From NCBI GenBank assembly GCA_041390825.1, contig JAWKPF010000013.1, positions 67,949-131,948 on the forward strand: a stretch of 64,000 nucleotides of DNA, in the 5' to 3' direction. The notes beneath the pieces were generated by a model, which did not search any database, was not told the origin of the DNA, and was given only the letters and a program-made list of their open reading frames with translations. Position numbers and translations under genes: made by a program. This document shows, piece after piece, positions 1 through 9,069 of the stretch (positions are counted from its first letter, which is position 1; the number at the start of each line of letters is the position of its first letter). The stretch is from Thermomicrobiales bacterium (lineage in GTDB: Bacteria; Chloroflexota; Chloroflexia; Thermomicrobiales; UBA6265).

Positions 1-451
1 GGCCACAGTCGAGCCGCATGATATTGATGCCCGTCCAGGTGACCGTGTCCAGCGAACCTGGAACACCCATGAAGTCGCCTTCCTGGATGCCGATGGCGAT
101 CCAGCGGATGATAACGGTGTCACCCGCGAGCCAAACCTGGTCGATCGTGCCGCGAACTCCCGGGATGGCGGCAAAGAAGGCATCGAGGGCGGCTGCGAAC
201 TCTTCGGAGCCTTCACTATCGACGCCGATGCCCCAGTGATGGATGGCGTCCGGCGTGTAGAGGGCGGTGACCTGCGCGGAGTCGTGCGAGTTCCAGGCCG
301 TGAAGTAGGCAGTCGCCCAGGCGGCCGCTTCCTCTTCGGTCAAAGGCGGGCAGGGAGTTGCGTCCTGGGCAACAATCTGAGAACTGCCAAACAATCCTGC
401 GCATGCACATATGGTGAGCAACGCCGCAATCGATCGGTAAATTGTCCGCAC
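1..451 (-). CDS. SnoaL-like (NTF2-fold) secreted protein; 3' end cut by the window edge; tandem paralog of 524..1078
   Basis: From my own minus-strand translation; absent from the ORF track because it runs off the edge. GTG at 449-451 lies 6 nt after GAAGGAGG (458-465). Signal-like MRTIYRSIAALLTICACAGLFG is followed by ATPCPPLTEEEAAAWATAYFTAWNSHD...IHHWGIG...VIIRWIAIGIQEGDFMGVPG, closely matching the neighbouring 184-aa ORF. Confidence 0.7.
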   Translation of the reverse strand, partial: MRTIYRSIAALLTICACAGLFGSSQIVAQDATPCPPLTEEEAAAWATAYFTAWNSHDSAQVTALYTPDAIHHWGIGVDSEGSEEFAAALDAFFAAIPGVRGTIDQVWLAGDTVIIRWIAIGIQEGDFMGVPGSLDTVTWTGINIMRLDCG

Positions 452-523
452 CGGTGACCTCCTTCGAACCTTTTGTCGCTACGAGCATCCGGCGTACCGG
501 GCTCATCCTCGGGACCACGATGT

Positions 524-1078
524 TCAGGAAGTGGGCGTGGCTTCCGCATCGGCGCCAATGGGGATGAGTCCCATTTGCTCGAGGCGGCTGAAGTGATCGG
601 CCTCTGACCACGTCTCGACCACAAGCCCACAATTGAGCTGCAGAACCTTGATACCGGTAAACGTCACGGTATCGAGTGAGCCGGGTACACCCATGAGGTC
701 GCCTTCCTGGATGCCGATAGCGATCCAGCGGATGATAACGGTGTCGTCCGCGAGCCACACTCTGTCAACGGTGTAGTGGAGGCTGGAAAAAGCGGCGAAA
801 TACGTTTCGAGCGAGGCGGCAAGCTCTTCGGAGCCTTCGCTATCTGCGCCGATACCCCAATGATGAATACCGTCGGGCGCGTAAAGCGCGGTGACCTGGG
901 CAGGGTCGTGCGAGTTCCATGCACCGAAGTAGGTGTTTGCCCAGGCGACGGCTTCTTCCTCCGTCATGGGAGGGCACGGCGTTGCATCCTGGGCGGTCGT
1001 TCCGCGCGCCACCATCGGCACGGCAACCACTGCCAGCAAGAGGGCAAACCCGACCGAGTGAGAGATGAAACGTGTCAC
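524..1078 (-). CDS. SnoaL-like (NTF2-fold, ester-cyclase-like) secreted protein
   Basis: 184-aa ORF with an N-terminal hydrophobic signal (FALLLAVVAVPMVARG). Followed by a SnoaL-like pattern: YFGAWNSHD...LYAPDGIHH...IIRWIAIGIQEGDLMGVPG. Confidence 0.8.
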   Translation of the reverse strand: MTRFISHSVGFALLLAVVAVPMVARGTTAQDATPCPPMTEEEAVAWANTYFGAWNSHDPAQVTALYAPDGIHHWGIGADSEGSEELAASLETYFAAFSSLHYTVDRVWLADDTVIIRWIAIGIQEGDLMGVPGSLDTVTFTGIKVLQLNCGLVVETWSEADHFSRLEQMGLIPIGADAEATPTS

Positions 1079-1247
1079 CGTTGGCTCCTTTCATCTTCCG
1101 ACGCGTGTGACCGGCGCATTTCGTCTGCGCAAGCGGAAAACTTGGGTGCTTCCCCATTCTACGGGAAAACGACGGTGGTGTCCGCACTCGGGATGCCGGC
1201 TGCGATTTCTGGCATCTCAGCGTGGCGATCGCGATCGACCGAACCAG

Positions 1248-1568
1248 CTACATGGATTGCCTGACGACAAGGCGGTTCGGTTCGACCGAGACGATTTCCA
1301 TCGAGATGTTTCCGATGCGGCTGCCGGGAAGCTCGATCTGGAGCCGAGCGGGCGCCTCGAAGACCCAACGTCCGCGGATTGTCTCCATACGGTCGGTGGG
1401 TCCAATGCCGTAGTACACAGCTTCTCCGTCTGGCAACAGCTCGAATCCTGCTCGACCCCGTGCCGGGGGAAGTGGATAGGTCGCCGGTCGATACACGGTC
1501 AGGTCTGCCTGGTCTTCCTCCTGGGCGCGAACCCAATGCTGCAGCGTGTCCCGCGGTGGCGATGACAT
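1248..1568 (-). CDS. hypothetical protein (106 aa)
   Basis: Distal part of ORF 1248..1868, starting at ATG 1566-1568 (MSSPPRDTLQHWVRAQEED...). The longer start would overlap the end of the M28 gene and is low-complexity. No family recognised. Confidence 0.45.
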   Translation of the reverse strand: MSSPPRDTLQHWVRAQEEDQADLTVYRPATYPLPPARGRAGFELLPDGEAVYYGIGPTDRMETIRGRWVFEAPARLQIELPGSRIGNISMEIVSVEPNRLVVRQSM

Positions 1569-1668
1569 GGGTGTTCCTCTCACATGGCCGAGCAGATGGC
1601 CCTCGTGCAATTGGTTTGGAGTTGAGTTTTCACGCTGATTCGTGGCTTCTGTCGACTTCTCCAGCCAA

Positions 1669-3102
1669 TTATGGTTTATCGAGCGACTCCCAATCAGTTG
1701 TCGAAGGCTGCCACGACGAGCCGTCCCACCACTTGTGGTAGACGCGGGAGTCTGTGCCAGTGACAAAGAGGTCCAGGCGATCGGCACCCCAGGCGACAAC
1801 CGGTCCAGACACTGGAGCGATGTCGGGGGATTCAGTCGCCAGACCAACAAGCGATGCAATCGTGGCAACGTTCATCCGCAAGATCTCGACCGCGAGACTG
1901 TTGTCGATGTGGACCAGCGTGTCGTTCGCGGTATGAACGTTGGTGTTTGCCGAATCAGAACCCTCGATGGTAAGTACCGCGGGTATCGCGGCATTGATGA
2001 ATGGCACATGATCGCTCGCAAATGGGTTGAGCGATGTCTCCACGATCAGACTGGTATAGGTCGAGGCAGCTGCCGCCAACGCATCCATCACCGTCTGTGA
2101 GATTGCCGCGCCTTCGAGCAGTACGGTTGGTGAGGCCGTATTCCGGGTGCCGATCATGTCCATGTTGATAACTGCTCGTATTCGCGCGCGTTCGGCGGAT
2201 TGGAGTGTGCTGACGTACTGGATGCTGCCATGCAGTCCTTGTTCCTCTCCGCCGAAAAGAATGAGCCGCAGGTCATGCTGATACGGTTGCCCGGCAAGCA
2301 CCCGCGCGATTTCCAGCACGCCCGCTGACCCGCTTCCGTTGTCATCGGCCCCCGGCGCCGGCGCGCTGATACCCCCAGCCGCGTTGATCGAATCCAGATG
2401 AGCGGTGACGATCACCAGATTGCGAGTTCCGACACCATTTCCGGGTCGATCGGCGACGACGTTCAAGCTTGTGCCCGCGCCAACCGCAATCGTCTGCAAC
2501 TGGACGCTGTAGCCCAGGAGGCTCAGTTGGTTCTGAGCCCAATTGGCGGCGTTGGTGAACTGGGTCGTCAACGAATGCCGGGTGCCAAAACCCACCAACG
2601 TATCCAGTGCGGAGCGGAAGGTCGAGGGGGAAACGGCATCCACCACGTGCTGGACCCGTTGATCTGCCGCACGGCGGTCGCCCTCGATGGTTCTGAGGAC
2701 TGCCGTGTCGACCGGGATTGGGCGAACCACCCAGCAATCGCCAGATCGATCGGTCAGCCGCGCAAGCTGTTGGGAATCGAGATCGACGATCAGGTGGCGA
2801 CCCTTGTCGACCACGACTGGAACATCGGGGAATTCGCGCTGAAACGAGGCTCCAACCTGGATGACAAGCGCGAGTCGGCCGCTCGATTGATCGAGGGCGC
2901 CGCTGGCGATGGCAATGCCGGTGTTCCGGGCGTGGCTTCGAAACGCCCTGCGGTCATCCGTGTCGGACCAGATCACCGTGCGGTCCGCAAGCTGAGTCCA
3001 ATGCAACGGGGCGACGTCCTTGCCGGCAGCGGCGCGAAGCTGGGCCGGGGTCTCGGAGATCACAAGATAGAGCATCAGGATCGATCCTCCGGCGATCGAC
3101 AT
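1669..3102 (-). CDS. M28-family metallo-aminopeptidase with one C-terminal WHKWWDG propeller-blade unit
   Basis: 477-aa ORF with M28 zinc-ligand regions TAHLDS...[21 protein letters not shown] and [12 protein letters not shown]. The last ~48 aa ([40 protein letters not shown]) match the repeat of the adjacent gene. Confidence 0.85.
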   Translation of the reverse strand: MSIAGGSILMLYLVISETPAQLRAAAGKDVAPLHWTQLADRTVIWSDTDDRRAFRSHARNTGIAIASGALDQSSGRLALVIQVGASFQREFPDVPVVVDKGRHLIVDLDSQQLARLTDRSGDCWVVRPIPVDTAVLRTIEGDRRAADQRVQHVVDAVSPSTFRSALDTLVGFGTRHSLTTQFTNAANWAQNQLSLLGYSVQLQTIAVGAGTSLNVVADRPGNGVGTRNLVIVTAHLDSINAAGGISAPAPGADDNGSGSAGVLEIARVLAGQPYQHDLRLILFGGEEQGLHGSIQYVSTLQSAERARIRAVINMDMIGTRNTASPTVLLEGAAISQTVMDALAAAASTYTSLIVETSLNPFASDHVPFINAAIPAVLTIEGSDSANTNVHTANDTLVHIDNSLAVEILRMNVATIASLVGLATESPDIAPVSGPVVAWGADRLDLFVTGTDSRVYHKWWDGSSWQPSTTDWESLDKP

Positions 3103-3167
3103 CGGGAAACGCTGACGACGGCGCGCCAGCGGATCCCGATGTCACGTTCGCAGTGTCCGACAACCCG

Positions 3168-5339
3168 CTAGAAGTCGGAAATCGTGCCGCCCAGGTACTC
3201 CCAGTCGGTCACCGACGGGCCCCAGGCGGAGCCGTTCCACCACTTGTGCCAGAGCGCGTGGTCGGTCCCGGTGACAAAGAGGTCGAGTCGGTTAGCACTC
3301 CAGGCAACCGCTTCTGGCCGACTCGTGCAGATGCCGCCCATGTACTCGTAGTCGACTACCGACGGGCCCCAGGCCGATCCGTCCCACCACTTGTGCCAGA
3401 CGGCGTTATCGGTACCGAGCACGAAGACGTCGAGGCGATCGCTGCCCCACGATACGACCCCTGGTTCGCCGAGACAGGTGCCGCCCATGTATTCCCAATC
3501 GGTTACCGACGGTCCCCAAGCCGCCCCATCCCACCACTTGTGATAGAGGGCATGGTCAGTCCCCAGCACGAAAACATCGAGCCGGTTCGGGCCCCACGCG
3601 ACGACGCGTGGCGGACTGGAACAGGTCCCGCCCATGTACTCCCATCCGGTTACCGACGGGCCCCAGGCCGAGCCATCCCACCACTTGTGGTAAAGCGCGT
3701 TGTCCGTGCCGAGCACAAAGACATCGAGCCTGTTGGACCCCCAAGCGACGACTTCTGGCCGGCTGGAACAGGTTCCGCCGAGCGACTCCCAACCAGTCAC
3801 CGACGGTCCCCAATTGGACCCATCCCACCATTTGTGCCAGAGCGCGCTGTCGGTCCCCACGACGAAGACATCGAGCCGATTGGGTCCCCATGCGACGACT
3901 TCGGGCCGACTGGTGCAGATTCCGCCGAGTGACTCCCAATCAGTCACCGACGGTCCCCAACTGGACCCATCCCACCATTTGTGCCAGAGGGCGCTGTCGG
4001 TTCCCAGGACGAAGACATCGAGCCGATTTGGTCCCCACGCAACGACTTCGGGCTGGCTCATGCAGATGCCTCCCATGTACTCCCAATCGGTCACCGAGGG
4101 TCCCCAATTGGACCCATCCCACCACTTGTGGTAGAGGGCGCTATCGGTCCCGATGACGAAGACATCGAGCCGGTCGGAGCCCCAGGCCACGATTGGTCCC
4201 GAGGCAGATGGCGCGCCGCCGACCTGGCCACTGCAGATCGAAGCGCGCGGTCCGGCGAGGCAAGCCTGCATCCTTGCGACCTGCCCTTGCGTGAACATGA
4301 CCATGACCGGGTCGTCGACATAGTCCATGTAGTTCATGAACAGGTCACCGTTCGGTCCGTTGTTGCAGCTTATCTTGGGAAATGTCGGGACGCCGACATT
4401 CGCATCCCCCTGGTTAGGTGTGTCCGAGACCTGGTCGGTACCGGTACAGGCGCCACCATCGTCGCCCCAGATATGGAAGAGGTCGAGCCAGTGCCCGATC
4501 TCATGCGTCGCAGTGCGGCCGAGATGGAACGGCGGGCTCGCTGTTCCAGTGGTGCCGAAACCGGTATGGGTGATGACCACACCGTCGGTGGCGGCCGGAC
4601 CGCCCGGGAATTGCGCGTATCCGAGCAAGCCACCGGAGAGCTGGCACACCCAGATGTTCAGGTAGCGGTCTGCTGGCCACGCATCGGAGCCTCCCGTGGC
4701 GCTGGATTTCACCTTGTCATCGTCGACAAACGACGTCTGATTTGTCCGTGTTCGCACGATGCCGTCGGTTGGGCTCCCGTCTGGAGCTTGCGTGGCGAGA
4801 AAGAACTCGAGATTTGGATTGCCGATCAGTCCTTGAAATGCGCCAGGTACGGTCGAGATGTCTGGATTGAGTATCTGAAAGTCGCGATTCAAGACGTCGA
4901 TCTGGCTATGAATCTGGGCATCGGAGATGTTCTGATCCGGCTGATTCCAGACGACATGCACGACGACCGGAATACGGCATCCTCCTGCCCGCGCCATAGA
5001 ACTCAATGTATCGTCGTCGGCTCGAAGGAACTCGAGCGTTGTTTGCTCGATTTGAGCGCGCTCTACCGCGTACCGTGGCACGGTTCGCATCAAGCGGGCA
5101 TGGACATCCATCGTCGCGCACGATCGATGGGTGGGGAGGTCTGCGCGCTGCGTTCCGCCCATGCCTGTCCGGGAACCGCCCGCGCCCATTCCGGTACCCG
5201 CGCCGCTCGAAGGCATCTCCATGCCCGAGCCGCTCGAGCTCATGCCAGTGCCTGCGCTGGCTGGACCCATCCTCGGTGGGTTCATGCCTCGCTTCTTCTT
5301 GTCCTGTGATCGTGGGGAAGTGTTCATGAAGGCCTCCAT
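3168..5339 (-). CDS. M43B (pappalysin/ulilysin-like) zinc metalloprotease fused to a seven-bladed lectin-like beta-propeller
   Basis: 723-aa ORF with zinc site HEIGHWLDLFH and Met-turn-like FMNYMDY. Seven consecutive 47-50-aa units follow: VVAWGxNRLDVFVxGTDxALxHKWWDGSxWGPSVTDWExxGG. ATG at 5325-5327 (MNTSP) is an alternative start. Confidence 0.85.
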   Translation of the reverse strand: MEAFMNTSPRSQDKKKRGMNPPRMGPASAGTGMSSSGSGMEMPSSGAGTGMGAGGSRTGMGGTQRADLPTHRSCATMDVHARLMRTVPRYAVERAQIEQTTLEFLRADDDTLSSMARAGGCRIPVVVHVVWNQPDQNISDAQIHSQIDVLNRDFQILNPDISTVPGAFQGLIGNPNLEFFLATQAPDGSPTDGIVRTRTNQTSFVDDDKVKSSATGGSDAWPADRYLNIWVCQLSGGLLGYAQFPGGPAATDGVVITHTGFGTTGTASPPFHLGRTATHEIGHWLDLFHIWGDDGGACTGTDQVSDTPNQGDANVGVPTFPKISCNNGPNGDLFMNYMDYVDDPVMVMFTQGQVARMQACLAGPRASICSGQVGGAPSASGPIVAWGSDRLDVFVIGTDSALYHKWWDGSNWGPSVTDWEYMGGICMSQPEVVAWGPNRLDVFVLGTDSALWHKWWDGSSWGPSVTDWESLGGICTSRPEVVAWGPNRLDVFVVGTDSALWHKWWDGSNWGPSVTGWESLGGTCSSRPEVVAWGSNRLDVFVLGTDNALYHKWWDGSAWGPSVTGWEYMGGTCSSPPRVVAWGPNRLDVFVLGTDHALYHKWWDGAAWGPSVTDWEYMGGTCLGEPGVVSWGSDRLDVFVLGTDNAVWHKWWDGSAWGPSVVDYEYMGGICTSRPEAVAWSANRLDLFVTGTDHALWHKWWNGSAWGPSVTDWEYLGGTISDF
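3171..4196. repeat. Coding tandem repeat, 7 x ~147 nt (propeller blades of the M43 gene)
   Basis: Seven successive 49-aa units are visible in the translation. They also generate mirror ORFs on the plus strand (3153..3932, 3608..4156, 3700..4134). Confidence 0.9.
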
Positions 5340-5788
5340 GGGGGTAGTGTGAAGAAAGGGGAAGGACCCACGGCCTGCCTGGAAAAACCAGGCAATTTCA
5401 GTATCTCTCCATTCCTTGCAATGTCAAGCCAGTTATGACTATTTTGTAGATGTATTGCATGCGTGAGAATATGTTTTGTGCATGTATTCCGTTTCTCGGC
5501 GAAAATCGCGCGGAGCGCATTTCTTGCACATGCCGTCGAACTCGAGACTGTCGAACCTGCAAGCCTCTCGGCCAAGCAGACCGCGGCGGCGGCGCCTGGA
5601 TGATCATCTCAGGGAACGGAGCGCGGCGTTCTGGCGCCGAACGGATTCCCCTCCCCGGCCGCCTAACGGCACGATCGTCATGACCTATTCCTCACAAAAT
5701 TTACGTAGACATCGGGTTGGGGGTCTGGGACAATGATGGGCATCCACACGAAGCCATTGTCAGGTGCGTTTCCAACTCGAGGTGCGCC

Positions 5789-7687
5789 ATGGTCCAACAG
5801 GGCAACGATCTCTCCTCCATCTACCAGGCACTCTGTCGTGGGGAAATGACCAGACGCGCGTTTGTCGTTCGGGCTGCTGCGCTAGGCGTGTGCGCCCCGC
5901 TGACGCTCGCGCTGGTGAATTCGCGACCGGCGGTCGAGGCATCCGCGCCTCATACTCCTGCCGATCGACCGTCGTTCGGCACGGAGGGACAGCTCAGGGG
6001 CAGCGGCGGTGAACTGAAAGTGCGCGAATGGTTTGCACCAAACTGCGCGGTTGCCCATCTCTGGGAGGGATTGCCGTCCGCTGCCCGGGTTTCATCTCTG
6101 ATCCTGGAGCCGCTGCTGTCGTATGCCTTCGACGGCACGCTTCTGCCGACGCTCGTCACCAGGGTACCCACGCAGGAGAACGGCGGCCTGTCCGAGGATC
6201 TCACCAAGGTCATCCTCGAGTTGCGGGACGACATCGTCTGGAGCGATGGCGAGCCGTTCACCGCGGATGACGTGGTGTGGACCTGGCAATGGGTGAGGGA
6301 CGAATCGACGGTGGCGACGGAAGGGTATCGCTGGGAGCCCATCCGGAGCATCGAAGCGGTCGATGCCACGACAGTCGAGTTGACCTACGCGCAACCCAAC
6401 CCGGCCTGGTTCGACCCGATAGCTGGCTCCTACGTTGGCGCCATCGTTCCCCGACACATTTGGATCGACGGGATTTCGGAAGCGGTCAATGCGGAGTTCG
6501 CGACCAATCCGATCGGCACCGGTCCGTACAAGGTGGAAGCCTTTGTTCCGGGCGAATATGTTGCGTGCACGATCAATGACCGCTATCGAGAGCCGAACAA
6601 GCCCTATTTTGCGTCGGTTCGCTTCCAGGCCGGCGGAGACACCGCGTCTGCCGCGCAGGCGGTCTTGCAGGACGGCAATTGGGATGTAGCTTCCGGCCTG
6701 ATTGGGATGACTGCGAATTTGCAACAGATGGAAGTGGAGGGCGGCAAGGGGCGCGTGATTGCGGGATCGCCAACCGCGGTCGAGCGCATCTTGTTCAACT
6801 TTTCCGATCCGCATCGGGAGATCGAAGGCGAGCGGTCGAGCCTGGCCGCTCCCCATCCTTTCCTGACCGACCAGGCCGTACGCCAGGCCATGGCTCTGGC
6901 CATCGACCGGGAGAAGATTTCTCGTGAAGCCTTTGGAGCTGACAAGCTCGCGCAACCGACGGCGAACATTCTGTCCGGCATTCCTGCGCTCGAGTCGCCC
7001 AATACCTCCTACACCTTCGATCTGGAGGCGGCCAATCGTTTGTTGGACGAGGCAGGATGGGTCCGGGATGGAGACAAACGGTCCAGGGATGGAATCAAGT
7101 TGGCCGTGTCCTATTACACGTCGGTGAGCGGCCTCACGGTGTTCAAGCGGTGGCGCGCGGAAACGCAGGAAGTGGTCAAGGCTGGCTGGGAAGCAATTGG
7201 CATCGAGGTCGAGCCCGGTCAGGTGCCAGGGGATGTCTTTTTCGATCCCGACCCGGAGAATCTTCTGTCCTACACCCACTTTTATTGCGACATCGAAATG
7301 TTTTCGAGTTCGGTAATGTCGCCACTTCCGCTCGATTATTTCCAGGACTGGTATGCCGGCATCGACAACCGCAATGTCGCGCAACAGGCGAACGACTGGC
7401 AAGGATTCAACCTCCAGCGGTACGTCAACCCGGAGTTCGACGCTCTGTATGATGAAGCGGCGGCCACCACCGATCCCGAGCGCGCGGCCGAGCTCCTTGT
7501 TCAGATGAACGACCTGATCGTCAACGATTTTGTGGTCGTGCCGCTGATCGCGCAGCCGGGTGAAATCGCCGCGGTGAGCAATCGGCTCGTAACGGAGAAT
7601 GTCGCTCCCAGCACGTGGGAGCCGCTCTTCTGGAATATTGCCAATTGGCGAACGGTGGATGACCAATTGGCCACGCCCGCGAGCTGA
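5789..7687 (+). CDS. ABC-transporter substrate-binding protein, family 5 (peptide/nickel type), Tat signal
   Basis: ORF 5717..7687. The preferred start is ATG 5789, just before the twin-arginine motif MTRRAFVVRAAALGV. Body is typical of DppA/OppA-like SBPs (WSDGEPFTADDVVWTW, YREPNKPYF). Paralogous to 24938..26803. Confidence 0.85.
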   Translation: MVQQGNDLSSIYQALCRGEMTRRAFVVRAAALGVCAPLTLALVNSRPAVEASAPHTPADRPSFGTEGQLRGSGGELKVREWFAPNCAVAHLWEGLPSAARVSSLILEPLLSYAFDGTLLPTLVTRVPTQENGGLSEDLTKVILELRDDIVWSDGEPFTADDVVWTWQWVRDESTVATEGYRWEPIRSIEAVDATTVELTYAQPNPAWFDPIAGSYVGAIVPRHIWIDGISEAVNAEFATNPIGTGPYKVEAFVPGEYVACTINDRYREPNKPYFASVRFQAGGDTASAAQAVLQDGNWDVASGLIGMTANLQQMEVEGGKGRVIAGSPTAVERILFNFSDPHREIEGERSSLAAPHPFLTDQAVRQAMALAIDREKISREAFGADKLAQPTANILSGIPALESPNTSYTFDLEAANRLLDEAGWVRDGDKRSRDGIKLAVSYYTSVSGLTVFKRWRAETQEVVKAGWEAIGIEVEPGQVPGDVFFDPDPENLLSYTHFYCDIEMFSSSVMSPLPLDYFQDWYAGIDNRNVAQQANDWQGFNLQRYVNPEFDALYDEAAATTDPERAAELLVQMNDLIVNDFVVVPLIAQPGEIAAVSNRLVTENVAPSTWEPLFWNIANWRTVDDQLATPAS

Positions 7688-7735
7688 CTCACTGGACGGC
7701 GCACGGACCATCCGCAGCGAGAAACCAGGCGTGGG

Positions 7736-9064
7736 CTACGAGATGTTTCGTGGCGGCGGCGGGGTTGGGAGCGCCGCCGGAGCGGCAGGAGTCCCCTCCG
7801 CGTCGGTGTCCGGGGGATCCGGTGTGGCCACGAGTGAGAAGATCCAAACCGTGGAGGCAAGCGTTTCATCGGCCTGATACGAGACATTCGCTCCGGGTCC
7901 GGCCGCGCTGGTGTCGTCAGCACGCAGAACCCCGTGATTGTCGATGAGCTGGGAACGCAGCCCGCTCGCGGCGCGCATACGCACCTCTCCCCATGATCGG
8001 GTGATGTCGATCTCACCACTGGCGACCCAGGCAAGCTCGATTCCGCCCACCTCTGGGTTGGCAATCGTCGACTCGGGCAGTAGTTGAGCCCGGCCGAACG
8101 ACAAGGTCAGGCGATCTCCGGTTTTCTTCAACTCGATCCCGCTCCAGAGGGTCGTGTGCAGATCCGCCAGCAGCGAACCTTTGGGGCGAGTTTCGCCGGA
8201 TATCGACGGCCCGAATTCGAGCGCGATCAGCGCGGCATTCTGATCTCCGGCGTCCCACATGCGGAACGTTGCCCCGGCGGGCACAAACACTGCGTCCATC
8301 TGACCGAGCGCCACGACCGCTCCGGCTTCGACTGGCGCCGGGTCGGCGACGCGGCCGCGATGTTGCTTCCAAATCATGGCTGGGATGGACGCTGGATCGG
8401 TGACCTCCAGGAACGCATCGCCCGATAGATCGATCAGCAACAGGTGTCCGAATCGGCTGGCAGTCGGTTCGTGGTCGCCCAGAAGCGGGATTTGCCGCAC
8501 GCGGGCGGCCAACGTATCCAGTGCAACCGGCAACGTGAGCGAGAGAGCGGGAAACGTATCCAGTTGCCCAGCCAGAACTGCGGACGACCAGCGCTCCACG
8601 ATCAACCCGCGCTCGATCCGCAGCAGATCCAATCGGCCGATGAGCTCGTGCGGTTCTACGACGATCCCCGCGAATTCGGTCCGCGCGGCATGATTCCAAT
8701 CGAGGGTGACAGAGGCAGCAGTACCGCTGATTGGCGTTATTCGCGGTTCGATTCGAAGACCGGGAAAATGCTGCTTGATGGCATCGAGCTGTTGGAACAG
8801 GCTCTTTTCATTGCCAGTGGCCAAGCCACCGGACTGATGGCTCACAAACGCCGGGTGGAGCATCTTGCGTAGCGCGTCGTCGCTCCCACTGTCGAGATAG
8901 TCATTCATCCCCTGGTAGAACGCCAGCGTCGTTGCCTCCACCTGAGAACTGGGAACCGATTGGATCGAACGCAAGCGAACCGGATCAAGCGACCAGAGCT
9001 GGGCGAGGGCGAATCCGCTGAGCAGCGCCAGCATCAATGCAACGGCGGTGGCTCGGTGATACAT
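7736..9064 (-). CDS. membrane-anchored/secreted hypothetical protein with an NTF2-like N-terminal region and a Pro-rich tail; third gene of the ECF operon
   Basis: ORF 7736..9100. ATG at 9062-9064 is preceded by GGGAGGTGA. Has a hydrophobic N-terminus MYHRATAVALMLALLSGFALA and C-terminal PAAPAALPTPPPP. It starts 5 nt after the anti-sigma stop. Confidence 0.7.
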   Translation of the reverse strand: MYHRATAVALMLALLSGFALAQLWSLDPVRLRSIQSVPSSQVEATTLAFYQGMNDYLDSGSDDALRKMLHPAFVSHQSGGLATGNEKSLFQQLDAIKQHFPGLRIEPRITPISGTAASVTLDWNHAARTEFAGIVVEPHELIGRLDLLRIERGLIVERWSSAVLAGQLDTFPALSLTLPVALDTLAARVRQIPLLGDHEPTASRFGHLLLIDLSGDAFLEVTDPASIPAMIWKQHRGRVADPAPVEAGAVVALGQMDAVFVPAGATFRMWDAGDQNAALIALEFGPSISGETRPKGSLLADLHTTLWSGIELKKTGDRLTLSFGRAQLLPESTIANPEVGGIELAWVASGEIDITRSWGEVRMRAASGLRSQLIDNHGVLRADDTSAAGPGANVSYQADETLASTVWIFSLVATPDPPDTDAEGTPAAPAALPTPPPPRNIS

Positions 9065-9069
9065 GTGGA

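Noticed and set aside
3153-4156. Plus-strand repeat-containing ORFs (3153..3932, 3608..4156, 3700..4134, 3981..5309)
   Set aside because: These are mirror images of the seven-blade coding repeat and the protease domain on the minus strand. Their periodicity is inherited from the real gene.
6092-7711. Long antisense or out-of-frame ORFs. Examples: 6092..7711(-), 9037..10287(+), 14519..16825(-), 24878..26848(+), 33151..35559(-), 38815..40083(-), 52574..55336(-), 55131..56330(-), 57588..60176(-)
   Set aside because: Each lies opposite, or out of frame with, a gene with clear family motifs. Their translations are Arg/Gly/Pro/His-rich low-complexity strings, typical of stop-poor frames in high-G+C DNA.
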